A stretch of DNA of 64,000 nt from Dehalococcoidia bacterium. GTDB lineage: Bacteria; Chloroflexota; Dehalococcoidia; SM23-28-2; HRBIN24. Position 1 is the stretch's first letter; every line of letters starts with the position of its first letter. Location: contig JANXAP010000007.1 in NCBI GenBank assembly GCA_025062275.1, positions 113,779 to 177,778 of the forward strand. Reading direction: 5' to 3'. The notes under the pieces are model-generated. The model ran no database searches. It was not told the DNA's origin and worked only from the letters and a program-made list of their open reading frames with translations. Shown here in pieces: positions 9,161 through 20,161 of the stretch. The translations under genes were made by a program, and so were the position numbers.

Positions 9161-10087
9161 CTAGAGGCGCGAGACCACGGCCAGGGTCGCCGCCCAGAAC
9201 AGGACCTGCATCAGGACCCCTCCGCTCAGCAGCAGGTGGGCAGCGGCCCGCTCTCGCAGGTGGAGGACCAGGCCGGCCCCCACGTTCACCCCCAGCAGGG
9301 CCAGGGCGGTGGCCGGCAGCTTGAACAGCTCCTTCTTGGACACCAGGTCTTGGTCCGACCCGAGCGGCGGCAGGACGTAGTTCACCTGCTCCGACAGCCC
9401 GGGATAGATAGCACACAAATAGGCCAGCAGCCCCAGCCCCAGGGCCAGTCCCAGGGCCACCAGCAACGCCACCGCCCGGTCGCCCCACAGGGGGAGGGCG
9501 GCAGGCCCCAGCCGCTCGGAGCGCACAGCTCCCGCAGGGTAGCCGCGCCTGCTGTTGGCCAGGCGTCGGGCCTGGGCCACGAAGCGCACCGGATCGTCAG
9601 GGGAGAGGATGTAGGCGGCGTCGTCGGTCCGCACGCGCACCAGCGCGCCCTTTCGCCAGCGGGTGGCGAAGGCCAGCACCTGGCCATCCTCGCCGGAACT
9701 GCTGCGGCCGGCCCGCAGCCCCCACCAGGCCAGGCCCGAGACCTGCGGCCTGTCCTCCAGGGTGGACACCTCCTTCACCGCCGACCACGGCACCAGGTGC
9801 CAGACCAGGCCGAAGCGGATGCCCAGGTGCTCGCTGGTGAGGGCGTAGCGAAGGGTGCGGCAGGCGTAGGCCCAGTAGGCGAAGGCCAGGCCCGCCGCGC
9901 CCAGCAGGCCAGCGCCGAGGTAGCCCAGGAAGCGCGACCACGAGATGGGCCAGTCGGCCACTCGGTATGCCAGCAGGCCAGCCAGGGCGAAACAGCCCAG
10001 AGAAACGGCGGCAGCGAACAGGGCCCCTCGCCAGGTGCCCGGCCGCTCGGAAGCTATGTCCTGACCTTCGAGTAGCACGGCGTGCAC
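9161..10087 (-). CDS. Membrane protein with bacterial PH (YdbS/YdbT-like) domain
   Basis: Two N-terminal TM helices are followed by RYALTSEHLGIRFGLVWHLVPWSAVKEV, typical of bPH_2, and then more TM helices. It sits in an operon-like arrangement after ilvE. Confidence 0.6.
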   Translation of the reverse strand: MHAVLLEGQDIASERPGTWRGALFAAAVSLGCFALAGLLAYRVADWPISWSRFLGYLGAGLLGAAGLAFAYWAYACRTLRYALTSEHLGIRFGLVWHLVPWSAVKEVSTLEDRPQVSGLAWWGLRAGRSSSGEDGQVLAFATRWRKGALVRVRTDDAAYILSPDDPVRFVAQARRLANSRRGYPAGAVRSERLGPAALPLWGDRAVALLVALGLALGLGLLAYLCAIYPGLSEQVNYVLPPLGSDQDLVSKKELFKLPATALALLGVNVGAGLVLHLRERAAAHLLLSGGVLMQVLFWAATLAVVSRL

Positions 10088-10986
10088 CAGTGCCGGTACT
10101 TGGGGTGCCGGCCGCGGATGACCTGGAAGTACAGCTCCTGCAGCTTGGCAGTCAGAGGGCCGCGGCGGCCGTCGCCCACGGGACGGTGGTCTATCTCTAC
10201 CACGGGGGTGATGTGGGCAGCGGTGCCGGTCATGAACACCTCGTCGGCCACGTAAAGCTCGCTGCGGTCGATGGGCCGCTCCACTGTCTCCACTCCCAGC
10301 TCCTCGCGGGCCAGGGTGATGACGGTGTCGCGGGTGATGCCTACCAGAATGTTGTCGGACGGTGGCGGGGTCACCAGCTTCCCGTCCTGCACGATGAATA
10401 TGTTCTCGCCGCTGCCCTCGGAAACGTGCCCCCGCTCGTCCAGCATGATGGCCTCGTCGAACCCGTTGAGGTTCGCCTCCGTCTTGGCCAGGGCCGAGTT
10501 GGCGTAAATGCCCGTTATCTTGGCCCGGGCAGGGATGCCCGTGTCCTCCACCCGTCGCCAGGAGGAGGTGCAGCAGCGGGCGCCCTTCTCCACGTCCAGA
10601 TAAGGGCCGAAGGGGGCCACGAAGATGAGGAAGTCGTCCTCCAGGTTGTGCAGCCTCACCCCCAGCACCTCGGAGCTCTTGTATGCCAGGGGCCGCACGT
10701 AGACGTCCTCCTGAAAGCCCGAAAGCTCCACCAGCCGGGTGGTGATGGCCGCCAGCTCCTCGTCATCGTAGGGCAGGTCGATGAGCATTATGCGGCAGCT
10801 ACGGCGCAGGCGCTGGTAGTGCTCCTTCATGCGGAAGAGATAGACCTGCCCCTCCTCCTCGTTCCAGTTGCCGCGGATGCCCTCGAAGACAGCCGTGCCG
10901 TAGTTGAAGGCATGGGTCATGACGCCGATCTTGGCCTCGGACAGGGGCATGAACTGACGGCGGAAGTAAGCGTAGGGCGTTCCCAT
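10054..10986 (-). CDS. ilvE: Branched-chain amino acid aminotransferase (class IV)
   Basis: MGTPYAYFRRQFMPLSEAKIGVMTHAFNYGTAVFEGIRG..., GIPARAKITGIYANSALAKTEA, EGSGENIFIV. ATG 10986 is preceded by GGAGAGGGAGG. The longer 11493 ORF N-terminus is low-complexity and overlaps the divergent gene. Confidence 0.9.
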   Translation of the reverse strand: MGTPYAYFRRQFMPLSEAKIGVMTHAFNYGTAVFEGIRGNWNEEEGQVYLFRMKEHYQRLRRSCRIMLIDLPYDDEELAAITTRLVELSGFQEDVYVRPLAYKSSEVLGVRLHNLEDDFLIFVAPFGPYLDVEKGARCCTSSWRRVEDTGIPARAKITGIYANSALAKTEANLNGFDEAIMLDERGHVSEGSGENIFIVQDGKLVTPPPSDNILVGITRDTVITLAREELGVETVERPIDRSELYVADEVFMTGTAAHITPVVEIDHRPVGDGRRGPLTAKLQELYFQVIRGRHPKYRHWCTPCYSKVRT

Positions 10987-11023
10987 GCCTCCCTCTCCTG
11001 TCAGACGATGGCCGGCTGCCCCA

Positions 11024-11029
11024 ATTATA
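11024..11029 (-). promoter_or_regulatory. Candidate -10 box (TATAAT) for ilvE
   Basis: The minus strand reads TTGCCC-N18-TATAAT, about 38 nt upstream of the ilvE ATG, leaving a leader that carries the SD. Confidence 0.35.
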
Positions 11030-11058
11030 CGGGGCCGAACCTCGCGGGGGCAAACCCG

Positions 11059-11087
11059 TTGACCCGTCCGGGGCGGACAGGTATTTT
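11059..11087 (+). promoter_or_regulatory. Candidate sigma-70-type promoter for the MBL-gcv operon
   Basis: TTGACC (11059..11064), a 17-nt spacer, then TATTTT (11082..11087). The ATG at 11099 is only 12 nt past the -10 box, so the leader is very short or absent. Confidence 0.4.
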
Positions 11088-11098
11088 GGCCTTGCCCC

Positions 11099-11957
11099 AT
11101 GAGCGCCCGCCTCAGGCTCGGCCAGCTAGAGCTGCTGGTGGTCAGCGACGGCCCCATTCGTTTCGATGCCGGGGCCACGTTCGGGGTCACCCCCCGCGTC
11201 CTGTGGGAGCCGCTGGTGGGCCCCCTGGACGAACAGCACCGCTTGCCCCTGGGCCTCAACTGCCTGGTGGTCCGTTCCGGAGGCAGAACGGTGCTCATCG
11301 AGACCGGCGTAGGCAGCAAGCGCGGGTCACGCAGCCCCGCCGGCGCCGGCCTGGAGGAGACGGGGCAGCTGCTGGAGGCGCTGGCCCGCGAGGGCATCGG
11401 CCCCCGGGATGTGGACGCGGTCATCAACACCCACCTCCACTTCGACCACGCCGGGGGCAACACCAGGCTGGAGGACGGACGGCCGGTGCCCACCTTCCCC
11501 CGCGCCCGCTACTTCGTCCCCAAGGGAGAGTGGGAGGAGGCCCAACGCCCCAACGAGCGCACCCGTGCCACCTACCTGCCCGAGAACTTCGAGCCGCTGG
11601 ACGATGCCGGCCAGGTGGAGCTGGTGGAGGGGACGGCCGAGGTGTTGCCGGGGGTGCGCATGGTGCCCGCACCCGGCCACACGGCCCATCATTACCTGGT
11701 GGAGCTGGAGTCGGGCGGAGAGCTGGCCATCTACCTCGGAGAGGTGGCCCAGCACCCCCTCATGCTGGAACGGGTGGCCTGGCTCTCGGCCTTCGACGTC
11801 CTGCCCCTGGTGAACCTGGAGACCAAGAAGAAGGTCATCGAGAAGGCCCTGGAGCGCCGCGCCCTCCTCATCGCCGTCCACGCCCCGTACCCCGGTCTGG
11901 GTCGATTGGTGCTGGAGGGCGACCGTCGCCGCTGGCTACCCCTCTCGTCTCAAGGCC

Positions 11958-11965
<8 letters not shown>
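11099..11965 (+). CDS. MBL-fold metallo-hydrolase
   Basis: The INTHLHFDHAGGN metal-binding motif and later APGHTAHH. It overlaps gcvT by 8 nt. Confidence 0.8.
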
Positions 11966-13052
<1,087 letters not shown>

Positions 13053-13071
13053 ACGCGACAGGAGGCGACGA

Positions 13072-13464
13072 GTGCCCAGCCCCAAGGACCGACGCTACAC
13101 CAGGGAACACGAGTGGGTGCTGGTGGAGGACGATGTGGGTACCGTGGGCATCACCGACTACGCCCAGGACCAGCTGGGCGATATCGTTTATGTCAAGCTG
13201 CCCTCGGTGGGGACGCCCGTCCGCCAGATGGAGCCTTTTGGCGAGATCGAGTCGGTCAAGGCCGTCTCCGACCTCTTCGCTCCCGTCTCGGGCGAGGTGC
13301 TGGAGGTGAACGCCGAGCTGGAGGAAAGGCCGGAGCTGGTGAACCTCGACCCTTACGGCCGCGGCTGGATGATCCGCGTGCGTCTTTCGGACCCGTCGGA
13401 GGTCGAACGTCTCATGACCGCCGAAGAATACGACGCCTATGTGGCCCAGGAGGCCCAGGCCTAG
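13072..13464 (+). CDS. gcvH: Glycine cleavage system H protein
   Basis: YTREHEWV...GITDYAQDQLGDIVYVKLP...GEIESVKAVSDLFAPVSGEV, which contains the lipoyl-lysine motif. Confidence 0.95.
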   Translation: MPSPKDRRYTREHEWVLVEDDVGTVGITDYAQDQLGDIVYVKLPSVGTPVRQMEPFGEIESVKAVSDLFAPVSGEVLEVNAELEERPELVNLDPYGRGWMIRVRLSDPSEVERLMTAEEYDAYVAQEAQA

Positions 13465-13468
13465 GCCC

Positions 13469-14800
13469 ATGAACGCCGGTTCGCCCCACCCCTACATCCC
13501 CAACACCGACGAGGACCGCCGGCACATGCTCTCGGCTATCGGGGTCGAGAGCGTCGAGGACCTCTTCGCCGATATTCCCGTCAGCCTGCGCATCGACGGG
13601 CTGCGGCTGCCAGCAGGCCTCTCGGAAGCCGAGCTCTCGAGAGAGATGGCCGAGATGGCCGGGCGCAACCATTACCCAGGACAGGACGGGATGGCCTGCT
13701 TTCTGGGCGCGGGCGCCTACCGTCACTTCGTGCCCAGCGCCGTCCTGCAGGTGATATCCCGCTCCGAGTTCTACACGGCGTATACCCCTTACCAGCCGGA
13801 GATCTCGCAGGGCACGCTCCAGACCATGTTCGAGTTCCAGAGCATGGTCTGCGAGCTGCTGGCGATGGACGTGGCCAACGCCGGCATGTACGACGGCGCC
13901 AGCGCCCTGGCAGAGGCCTGCCTCATGGCGGCAGCCGTGACCGGGCGACGCCGCATCGCCATCCTCGCCACCGTGCACCCCGCCTACCAGGCAGTGGTCC
14001 GCACCTACGCCTTCGGCCGCGACCTGGAGGTGGACCTGGTCAGCCCCGAGAGCCAAGAGTTGGGGCAGGACCATGCCTGCTTGGCCGTGCAGTCGCCCAA
14101 CTTCTTCGGCTACCTGGAAGACATGGGCGCCCTGGCCGAGGCCGCCCACCGTGTCGGCGCCCTGCTGGTGACCAGCACCGACCCCATCTCCCTGGGCCTC
14201 TTCCGCCCCCCCGGCAGCTATGGCGCCGACATCGCCACCGCCGAGGGCCAGCCCCTGGGCTGGCCCCTCTCCTTCGGCGGCCCCTATCTGGGCCTGCTGG
14301 CCAGCCGAAAGGAGTTCCTGCGTTATCTGCCAGGGCGCATCGTGGGGCGGACCACCGACCGCAACGGCCGCACCGGTTACGTGCTGACCCTGCAGGCGCG
14401 GGAGCAACACATCCGTCGCGAGCGGGCCACGTCCAACATCTGCACCAGCCAGCAACTGGTAGCCCTGGCCGCCACCGTTTACCTGACCCTGCTGGGGCGC
14501 AGCGGGCTGCGGCGGGTGGCCGAGCTGTGCTACCATAAGGCCCACTACCTGGCAGAGCGCATCGCCTCCCTGCCCGGCTACTCCCTTCCCCTCTCGGGGG
14601 TGTTCTTCAAGGAGTTCGTGGTGCGCTGTCCGCGTCCTCCCTCGCAGGTCAACGAGGCCCTTCTGGAGAGGGGCATCATCGGCGGGCTGGACGTGTCCGA
14701 CCGCATCGAAAACGGCATGCTGCTCTGTGTGACCGAGATGAACACGCGCGAGGAGATGGAGCGGCTGGTGGAGGCCCTGGCCGCCCTCTCGCCGAGGTGA
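13469..14800 (+). CDS. gcvPA: Glycine dehydrogenase (decarboxylating) subunit 1
   Basis: [26 protein letters not shown]..., [28 protein letters not shown]-like motif ([11 protein letters not shown]). ATG 13469 lies just after the gcvH stop. Confidence 0.93.
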   Translation: MNAGSPHPYIPNTDEDRRHMLSAIGVESVEDLFADIPVSLRIDGLRLPAGLSEAELSREMAEMAGRNHYPGQDGMACFLGAGAYRHFVPSAVLQVISRSEFYTAYTPYQPEISQGTLQTMFEFQSMVCELLAMDVANAGMYDGASALAEACLMAAAVTGRRRIAILATVHPAYQAVVRTYAFGRDLEVDLVSPESQELGQDHACLAVQSPNFFGYLEDMGALAEAAHRVGALLVTSTDPISLGLFRPPGSYGADIATAEGQPLGWPLSFGGPYLGLLASRKEFLRYLPGRIVGRTTDRNGRTGYVLTLQAREQHIRRERATSNICTSQQLVALAATVYLTLLGRSGLRRVAELCYHKAHYLAERIASLPGYSLPLSGVFFKEFVVRCPRPPSQVNEALLERGIIGGLDVSDRIENGMLLCVTEMNTREEMERLVEALAALSPR

Positions 14801-14804
14801 GGCC

Positions 14805-16292
14805 ATGTCCTACCGTGTGGGCGAACCCGACCCCAGGCGGGACGACGTGGGCTCCCGCCTCACCTTCGACCTTTCGCGGCCGGGACGCAGGGGAGTCGAC
14901 CTGCCACCCCTGGACGTGCCCGAGTCCGAGCTGCCGCCCGAGGACCTGCTGCGGGCCGACCTTCGCCTGCCCGAGATGGCCCAGAACGAGGCGGTGCGCT
15001 ATTTTCTGGCCCTTTCGCGCCTGAACTACTCGGTAGACACGGGCTTCTATCCCCTCGGCTCCTGCACCATGAAATACAACCCCAAGGTGAACGAGGAAGT
15101 CGCCCGCCTTCCCGGTTTCCTGCACCCGCACCCGCTCCAGGGGCAGGGCACGGTGCAGGGTGCCCTGGCGCTGCTCTACCGTCTCCAGTCCTATCTGTGC
15201 GAGGTGACGGGCATGGACGCCTGCAGCCTCGCCCCCGCTGCCGGTGCCCAGGGGGAGCTGGCGGGCATGCTCATGGTGAAGGCCTATCTGCGCGACCACG
15301 GCCAGGAGCACAGGCGAAAGGTGCTGGTGCCCGACTCGGCCCACGGCACCAATCCCGCCTCGGCGGCCATGTGCGGCTTTCAGGTGGTGACGGTGCCCTC
15401 GGACCGTGAAGGAAACGTCGACCTGGCCTTCCTGGAGCAGGAGCTGGACGGCTCGGTGGCGGCCATGATGCTCACCATCCCCTCCACGCTGGGGCTGTTC
15501 GAGCCCAACATCGTGCGCATCGCCGAGCTTCTGCACCGACACGGGGCCCTCCTCTATGGCGATGGCGCCAACCAGAACGCCTTCCTGGGGCGTGCGCGCT
15601 TCGGCGACATGGGCTTCGACGTGGTCCATCTGAACCTGCACAAGACCTTCTCCACGCCTCACGGCGGCGGCGGCCCCGGCGCGGGGCCTGTCTGTTGCAA
15701 GTCGTTCCTGGCCCCCTACCTGCCCGCGCCGGTTATCGAGGAGTCCAACGGCTCCTATCTCCTCTCGCAGCCCGAGCGCAGCATCGGCAAGCTGACGGCC
15801 TTCTGGGGCAACTTCGGCGTGCTGGTGCGGGCCTACGCCTACATCCGTGCCCTGGGGGCCGAGGGGCTACGGGCTGTGTCCGAGAACGCCGTCATCAACG
15901 CCAACTACGTGCGGGCGCGGCTGAGGGGGGCCTATCATCTGCCTTACGACCGCACCTGCCTGCACGAGGTGGTCTTCTCGGCCCTGAAGCAGCGGGCCAA
16001 AGGGGTGAAGGCGCTGGACATCGCCAAGCGCCTCATCGACTACGGCTTCCACCCTCCCACCATTTACTTTCCCCTCATCGTGCCCGAGGCCCTCATGATC
16101 GAGCCTACCGAGACCGAGTCGCGCGAGAACCTGGACGCCTTCTGCGAGGCGATGCTGGCCATCGCCCGCGAGGCCGAGGAGCAGCCCGAACTGGTGCGCG
16201 AGGCCCCCCACACGACTCCCCTGCGGAGGCTGGACGAGGCTACCGCCGCCCGTCGGCCGGTGTTGCGGTGGCAGCCGCCCGAGGAGGAGTGA
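14805..16292 (+). CDS. gcvPB: Glycine dehydrogenase (decarboxylating) subunit 2
   Basis: [25 protein letters not shown], and [20 protein letters not shown], which carries the PLP lysine. Confidence 0.95.
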   Translation: MSYRVGEPDPRRDDVGSRLTFDLSRPGRRGVDLPPLDVPESELPPEDLLRADLRLPEMAQNEAVRYFLALSRLNYSVDTGFYPLGSCTMKYNPKVNEEVARLPGFLHPHPLQGQGTVQGALALLYRLQSYLCEVTGMDACSLAPAAGAQGELAGMLMVKAYLRDHGQEHRRKVLVPDSAHGTNPASAAMCGFQVVTVPSDREGNVDLAFLEQELDGSVAAMMLTIPSTLGLFEPNIVRIAELLHRHGALLYGDGANQNAFLGRARFGDMGFDVVHLNLHKTFSTPHGGGGPGAGPVCCKSFLAPYLPAPVIEESNGSYLLSQPERSIGKLTAFWGNFGVLVRAYAYIRALGAEGLRAVSENAVINANYVRARLRGAYHLPYDRTCLHEVVFSALKQRAKGVKALDIAKRLIDYGFHPPTIYFPLIVPEALMIEPTETESRENLDAFCEAMLAIAREAEEQPELVREAPHTTPLRRLDEATAARRPVLRWQPPEEE

Positions 16293-17479
16293 TGCAGCTT
16301 CCCGAGCTGAACCCGCCTCCACGCCTGCTGCTGGGGCCTGGCCCGTCCAACGTCCACCCCCGCATATACCGGGCCATGATGGCCCCGGTCATCGGCTACC
16401 TGGACCCCGACTTCCTTCAGCTCCTGAGCGATACCCAGGTGCCGCTGAGGGTCGTCTTCCGCACCGGCAACGAGCTGACGCTGCCCATCTCCGGCACGGG
16501 CAGCCTGGGCATGGAGGCGGCCATCTACAACGTGGTGGAGGAGGGGGACACGGTCATCGTCTGCATCAACGGCTTCTTCGGCACCCGCATGGCCGACATG
16601 GCCCGTCGCTGCGGCGCCCTGGTGGTCACGGTGGAGGTGGAATGGGGCGAGGCCATCGCCCCCGAGCAGGTCGAGGAGGCGCTGCGCCAGCACCCGGGGG
16701 CCAAGGCGGTATGCATCGTCCATGCCGAGACCTCCACGGGCGTCCTGCAGCCGCTGGAGGAGATCGCCCGCCTTTGCCGCGAGCGAGGCGCCCTCATCGT
16801 CGTCGATGCCGTCACGTCTCTCTCGGGGGCGCCCCTGGAGGTGGACGCCTGGGGCCTGGACGTGGTCTACAGCGCCACCCAGAAGTGCCTGTCGGCGCCG
16901 CCGGGGATGGCGCCCATCACCTTCGGCCCCCGGGCGGTGGAGGCCATACAGCGTCGCAGGGAGCCGTGCCGTAGCTGGTATGTGGACGTGTCCATGCTGC
17001 GGGACTACTACGGCGGCCCCCGCCGCTACCACCACACACCGCCCATGACCATGCTCTACGCCTTGCGGGAGGCCCTCCGCCTGGTGCTGGAGGAGGGGCT
17101 GGAGGAGCGCATAGCCCGTCACCGTCGCCATGCCCGCGCCCTGTGGGCCGGCCTGGAGGCCATGGGCCTGCGCCTGCACGTGGCCGACGAATCGCTGCGT
17201 GCGCCGCCCCTGACCACCGTCCGCGTCCCGGAGGGGGTGGACGAGGCCGCCCTGCGCCAGGGACTTCTGGAACGGCACAACATCGAGATCGGCGCCGGCT
17301 TCGGCCCCCTGGCAGGAAAGGTGTGGCGCATCGGTCTGATGGGCTACTCGTCCCAGCCTCAGAACGTGCTGGCCCTCCTCCAAGCCCTGGAGGTCGAGCT
17401 GCGACGCCTGGGCCACGAGGTCCCCGGGGGGGCAGGGGTGGAGGCTGCCGCCCGCGCCCTGGCCACCGATGCCCCCTAG
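16292..17479 (+). CDS. Class V aminotransferase (alanine/serine--glyoxylate or serine--pyruvate aminotransferase family)
   Basis: LLLGPGPSNVHPRIYRAMMAPVIGYLDPDF, VHAETSTGV, and YSATQKCLSAPPG, which carries the PLP lysine. The ATG overlaps the gcvPB stop (TGATG). Confidence 0.85.
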   Translation: MQLPELNPPPRLLLGPGPSNVHPRIYRAMMAPVIGYLDPDFLQLLSDTQVPLRVVFRTGNELTLPISGTGSLGMEAAIYNVVEEGDTVIVCINGFFGTRMADMARRCGALVVTVEVEWGEAIAPEQVEEALRQHPGAKAVCIVHAETSTGVLQPLEEIARLCRERGALIVVDAVTSLSGAPLEVDAWGLDVVYSATQKCLSAPPGMAPITFGPRAVEAIQRRREPCRSWYVDVSMLRDYYGGPRRYHHTPPMTMLYALREALRLVLEEGLEERIARHRRHARALWAGLEAMGLRLHVADESLRAPPLTTVRVPEGVDEAALRQGLLERHNIEIGAGFGPLAGKVWRIGLMGYSSQPQNVLALLQALEVELRRLGHEVPGGAGVEAAARALATDAP

Positions 17480-17495
17480 GGGGCGGTGACGGCCT

Positions 17496-18011
17496 GTGGG
17501 TTGGGAGGGCAGACGGGTCGTCGTCCTGGGCGCCGAAACGGCAGTGGGCCGCGCCCTGGCCCAAGCCCTCGCCGAGGCCGGCGCTCGCCTGGCCCTGGTG
17601 GCTGCCAGGGCGGACGCCGAGACCGCTTTCGCCGTCCAGCGCCTGGCCCGTCGCCTCAGCCGGCCCGGACAGGACCCCATCCTGTCCCAGGCGATAGACG
17701 GCAGCAACGAAATGGCCCTGCGGGTCACCGCCCGCCAGATGGCCAAGGCCCTTGGGGGACTCGACGCCCTCTTCTTCTGCGCCGACCTGGGCCCTGCCAC
17801 AGCATCTGCCCTGGAGCTGGCCTGCCGCTATTACTGCCGCGAGATGGGGCGCGCCGGCGGAGGCGTCATCGTCTGTGCGGGCCTCGACCTGGACCTGGAG
17901 CCGCTGGCGGAGGCCTGCCGTGCTAACAACGTCCGCGTGGTGGGAGTAACAGGGCAGGCCGATGCCCAGGCGCTGGCGCAGGAGGCGCTGCGCCTGGCCC
18001 TGGAGCGATAG
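17496..18011 (+). CDS. Short Rossmann-like protein, a truncated/degenerate SDR relative (171 aa)
   Basis: RVVVLGAETAVGRALAQALAEAGARLALV resembles the SDR cofactor-binding turn, with TGxxxGxG degenerated. I see no YxxxK, and the protein is about 80 aa shorter than a classical SDR. Confidence 0.45.
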   Translation: MGWEGRRVVVLGAETAVGRALAQALAEAGARLALVAARADAETAFAVQRLARRLSRPGQDPILSQAIDGSNEMALRVTARQMAKALGGLDALFFCADLGPATASALELACRYYCREMGRAGGGVIVCAGLDLDLEPLAEACRANNVRVVGVTGQADAQALAQEALRLALER

Positions 18012-18089
18012 GCAGTGTAGGCGGCGCGACAGGAAGAGGATTGAAGATCCCTTACGCCCGCGTTAAGCTGGCCCCGTAAGGAGGTCAGC

Positions 18090-18929
18090 ATGGCCTACGA
18101 GACCATCATCTACGAGCGAGAGGGGCGGAAGGCGCGCATAATCCTGAACCGCCCCGAAAAGCTCAACGCCATCTCCTGGCAGATGATGCAGGAGCTGTCG
18201 CAGGCCCTGTGGGAGGCCGACCGCGACCCGGAGGTGCACGTGGTGGTGCTAAAGGGGGCCGGCCGGGCCTTCTCCTCGGGCTACGACATCACGCCGCCGC
18301 CCGGCGACCGCACCCACGCCCCTACCGGCATCACCATGGAGCGCGACATCTGGTTCCTGGAGCGGGGGCTGGACCTGCGCATGGCCATCTGGGACATGCA
18401 CAAGCCGGTCATCGGGCAGGTGCACGGATACTGCCTGGCCGGCGGCACCGACCTGGTGCTCCTCTGTGACATCGTCATCTGCGCGGAGGACGCCATCTTC
18501 GGCTTTCCGCCGGTGCGGGCCATGGGCTCGCCCGTGAACCACATGTGGACTTATCTGGTGGGCCCCCAGTGGGCCAAGCGGCTGTTGCTGACGGGCGACA
18601 CCATCGATGGCCGCGAGGCGGAGCGCATCGGGCTGGTGCTGAAGGCGGTGCCCGCCGACCGACTGGAGGCGGAGGTAGAGACCCTGGCCGACCGCATGAG
18701 CCAGATAGACGTGGACCTGCTGGCGGCCAATAAGCGCATCGTCAACCTGGCCATGGAGCTGATGGGCGCCCGCACCATGCAACGGCTGGCGGCGGAGCGG
18801 GACGCTATCGCCCGTCAGGCGCCGGTGGTGCGGGAGTTCTACCGCATCGCCAAGGAGCAAGGGCTGCGGGCGGCCCTGGAGTGGCGCGACGCCAGGTTCG
18901 GCGACCGCCCGCGTCGCGAAGACTCATAG
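18090..18929 (+). CDS. Enoyl-CoA hydratase/isomerase (crotonase) family protein
   Basis: There is a perfect SD (TAAGGAGG) upstream. Motifs are ILNRPEKLNA, VVVLKGAGRAFSSGYD and GYCLAGGTDLVLLCDI. Confidence 0.85.
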   Translation: MAYETIIYEREGRKARIILNRPEKLNAISWQMMQELSQALWEADRDPEVHVVVLKGAGRAFSSGYDITPPPGDRTHAPTGITMERDIWFLERGLDLRMAIWDMHKPVIGQVHGYCLAGGTDLVLLCDIVICAEDAIFGFPPVRAMGSPVNHMWTYLVGPQWAKRLLLTGDTIDGREAERIGLVLKAVPADRLEAEVETLADRMSQIDVDLLAANKRIVNLAMELMGARTMQRLAAERDAIARQAPVVREFYRIAKEQGLRAALEWRDARFGDRPRREDS

Positions 18930-18942
18930 AAGGGAGGCAGAT

Positions 18943-19752
18943 GTGGGCGTCCTGGACAAGCTGAGGCTCGACGGAAAGGTGGCCGTGGTCACCGGCGCCG
19001 GTCGCGGCCTGGGCCGCGCTATGGCCCTGGCCCTCGCCGATGCGGGCGCCGATGTGGTCTGCGCCGCCCGTTCGCGCGACCAGATCGAAGAGACGGCCAG
19101 CCTCATCCGGGAGAAGGGGCGCCGCGCCCTGGCCGTCCCCACCGACGTCAGCCGTTCCGACCAGTGCACGGCCCTCATCGAGACGACGCTGGCGGAGCTG
19201 GGTCGGCTGGACATCCTGGTCAACAACGCCGGCGGCGCCACCCCCGGCTACAACAAGCCGGTGGAGGAGATCACCGACGAGGAGTGGCGGCTGGGCATCG
19301 ACACCAACCTGTCCAGCGTCTTCTACTGCTGTCGCGCCGCCATCCCCCACCTCATAAAGCAAGGCGGGGGCAAGATCATCAACGTCTCGTCGGGCTACGG
19401 CCTGAGGGGCGGGCGCAACAATTTCATCTATGCCTCGGCCAAGGCGGCCATCATCAACTTCACTCGCTCCCTGGCCCTGACCTACGCTCGCTTCAACATC
19501 CAGGCCAACTGCATCATCCCCGGATTCTTCCCGCACGAGAACCAGATGGTCATCCAGTACCTGCGGGGGGGTCAGTTCATCCCCATGGGCCGCGTGGGCC
19601 GCGACGAGGAACTGGGGCCAGCCTGCGTCTTCCTGGCCTCGCCCCTGTCGGACTACATGAGCGGCCAGGTCATCGCCCTCGAAGGAGGCGGCCTGGCGGG
19701 CGGGCAGGCCCCCACCGGCCTGGCACCGCTGGTGCCCCTGCCGGAGGCATAG
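18943..19752 (+). CDS. SDR-family oxidoreductase (FabG-like)
   Basis: KVAVVTGAGRGLGRAMALALADAGADVV, LVNNAGG, SSGYG...YASAKAA (S-Y-K triad). Confidence 0.85.
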   Translation: MGVLDKLRLDGKVAVVTGAGRGLGRAMALALADAGADVVCAARSRDQIEETASLIREKGRRALAVPTDVSRSDQCTALIETTLAELGRLDILVNNAGGATPGYNKPVEEITDEEWRLGIDTNLSSVFYCCRAAIPHLIKQGGGKIINVSSGYGLRGGRNNFIYASAKAAIINFTRSLALTYARFNIQANCIIPGFFPHENQMVIQYLRGGQFIPMGRVGRDEELGPACVFLASPLSDYMSGQVIALEGGGLAGGQAPTGLAPLVPLPEA

Positions 19753-19753
19753 G

Positions 19754-20161
19754 GTGCTGAAGCTGGAGAACCCGCCCATCCTGGTAGTGGCAGGGATGCG
19801 CTGGCGGCACCCCTTCGGCATCTTTTTCTACTTCGGACGTCGCTGGCGCCGCTTCCGCCGGGCGCTGCTCTCGGCCGAGGGCCTTCTGCTCTATCAGGAG
19901 GTTGTAGAGAGGCCGCGGGGGCTGCTGCCCCGGACCTTCCTGGCCCTTTCCTGGTGGCGCGACCGGGAGTCGCTGAAGGCCTTCTACAACCACCCTCTGC
20001 ATCAGGAGATGGTGCGCTGGGCCGACAGCGGCGAGCGGCCCTTCGACCTCTGGATCGAGGAATATGTCATGCGGGAGCCGGGCTCCTACCGGGGCGCCCC
20101 GGCCCCCCTCCCCGCCGCCCTCGAGGCCAGTCATATAACTCTCAGGAAGGTGCAGACATGA
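19754..20161 (+). CDS. Small conserved protein, DUF4188-like (monooxygenase-fold relative)
   Basis: The pattern FLALSWWRDRESLKAFYNHPLHQEMVRW recalls the DUF4188 core (...WRS.E.L.A....H..W). The assignment is from memory of the family. The gene is coupled to its neighbours by 1-4 nt junctions. Confidence 0.45.
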   Translation: MLKLENPPILVVAGMRWRHPFGIFFYFGRRWRRFRRALLSAEGLLLYQEVVERPRGLLPRTFLALSWWRDRESLKAFYNHPLHQEMVRWADSGERPFDLWIEEYVMREPGSYRGAPAPLPAALEASHITLRKVQT

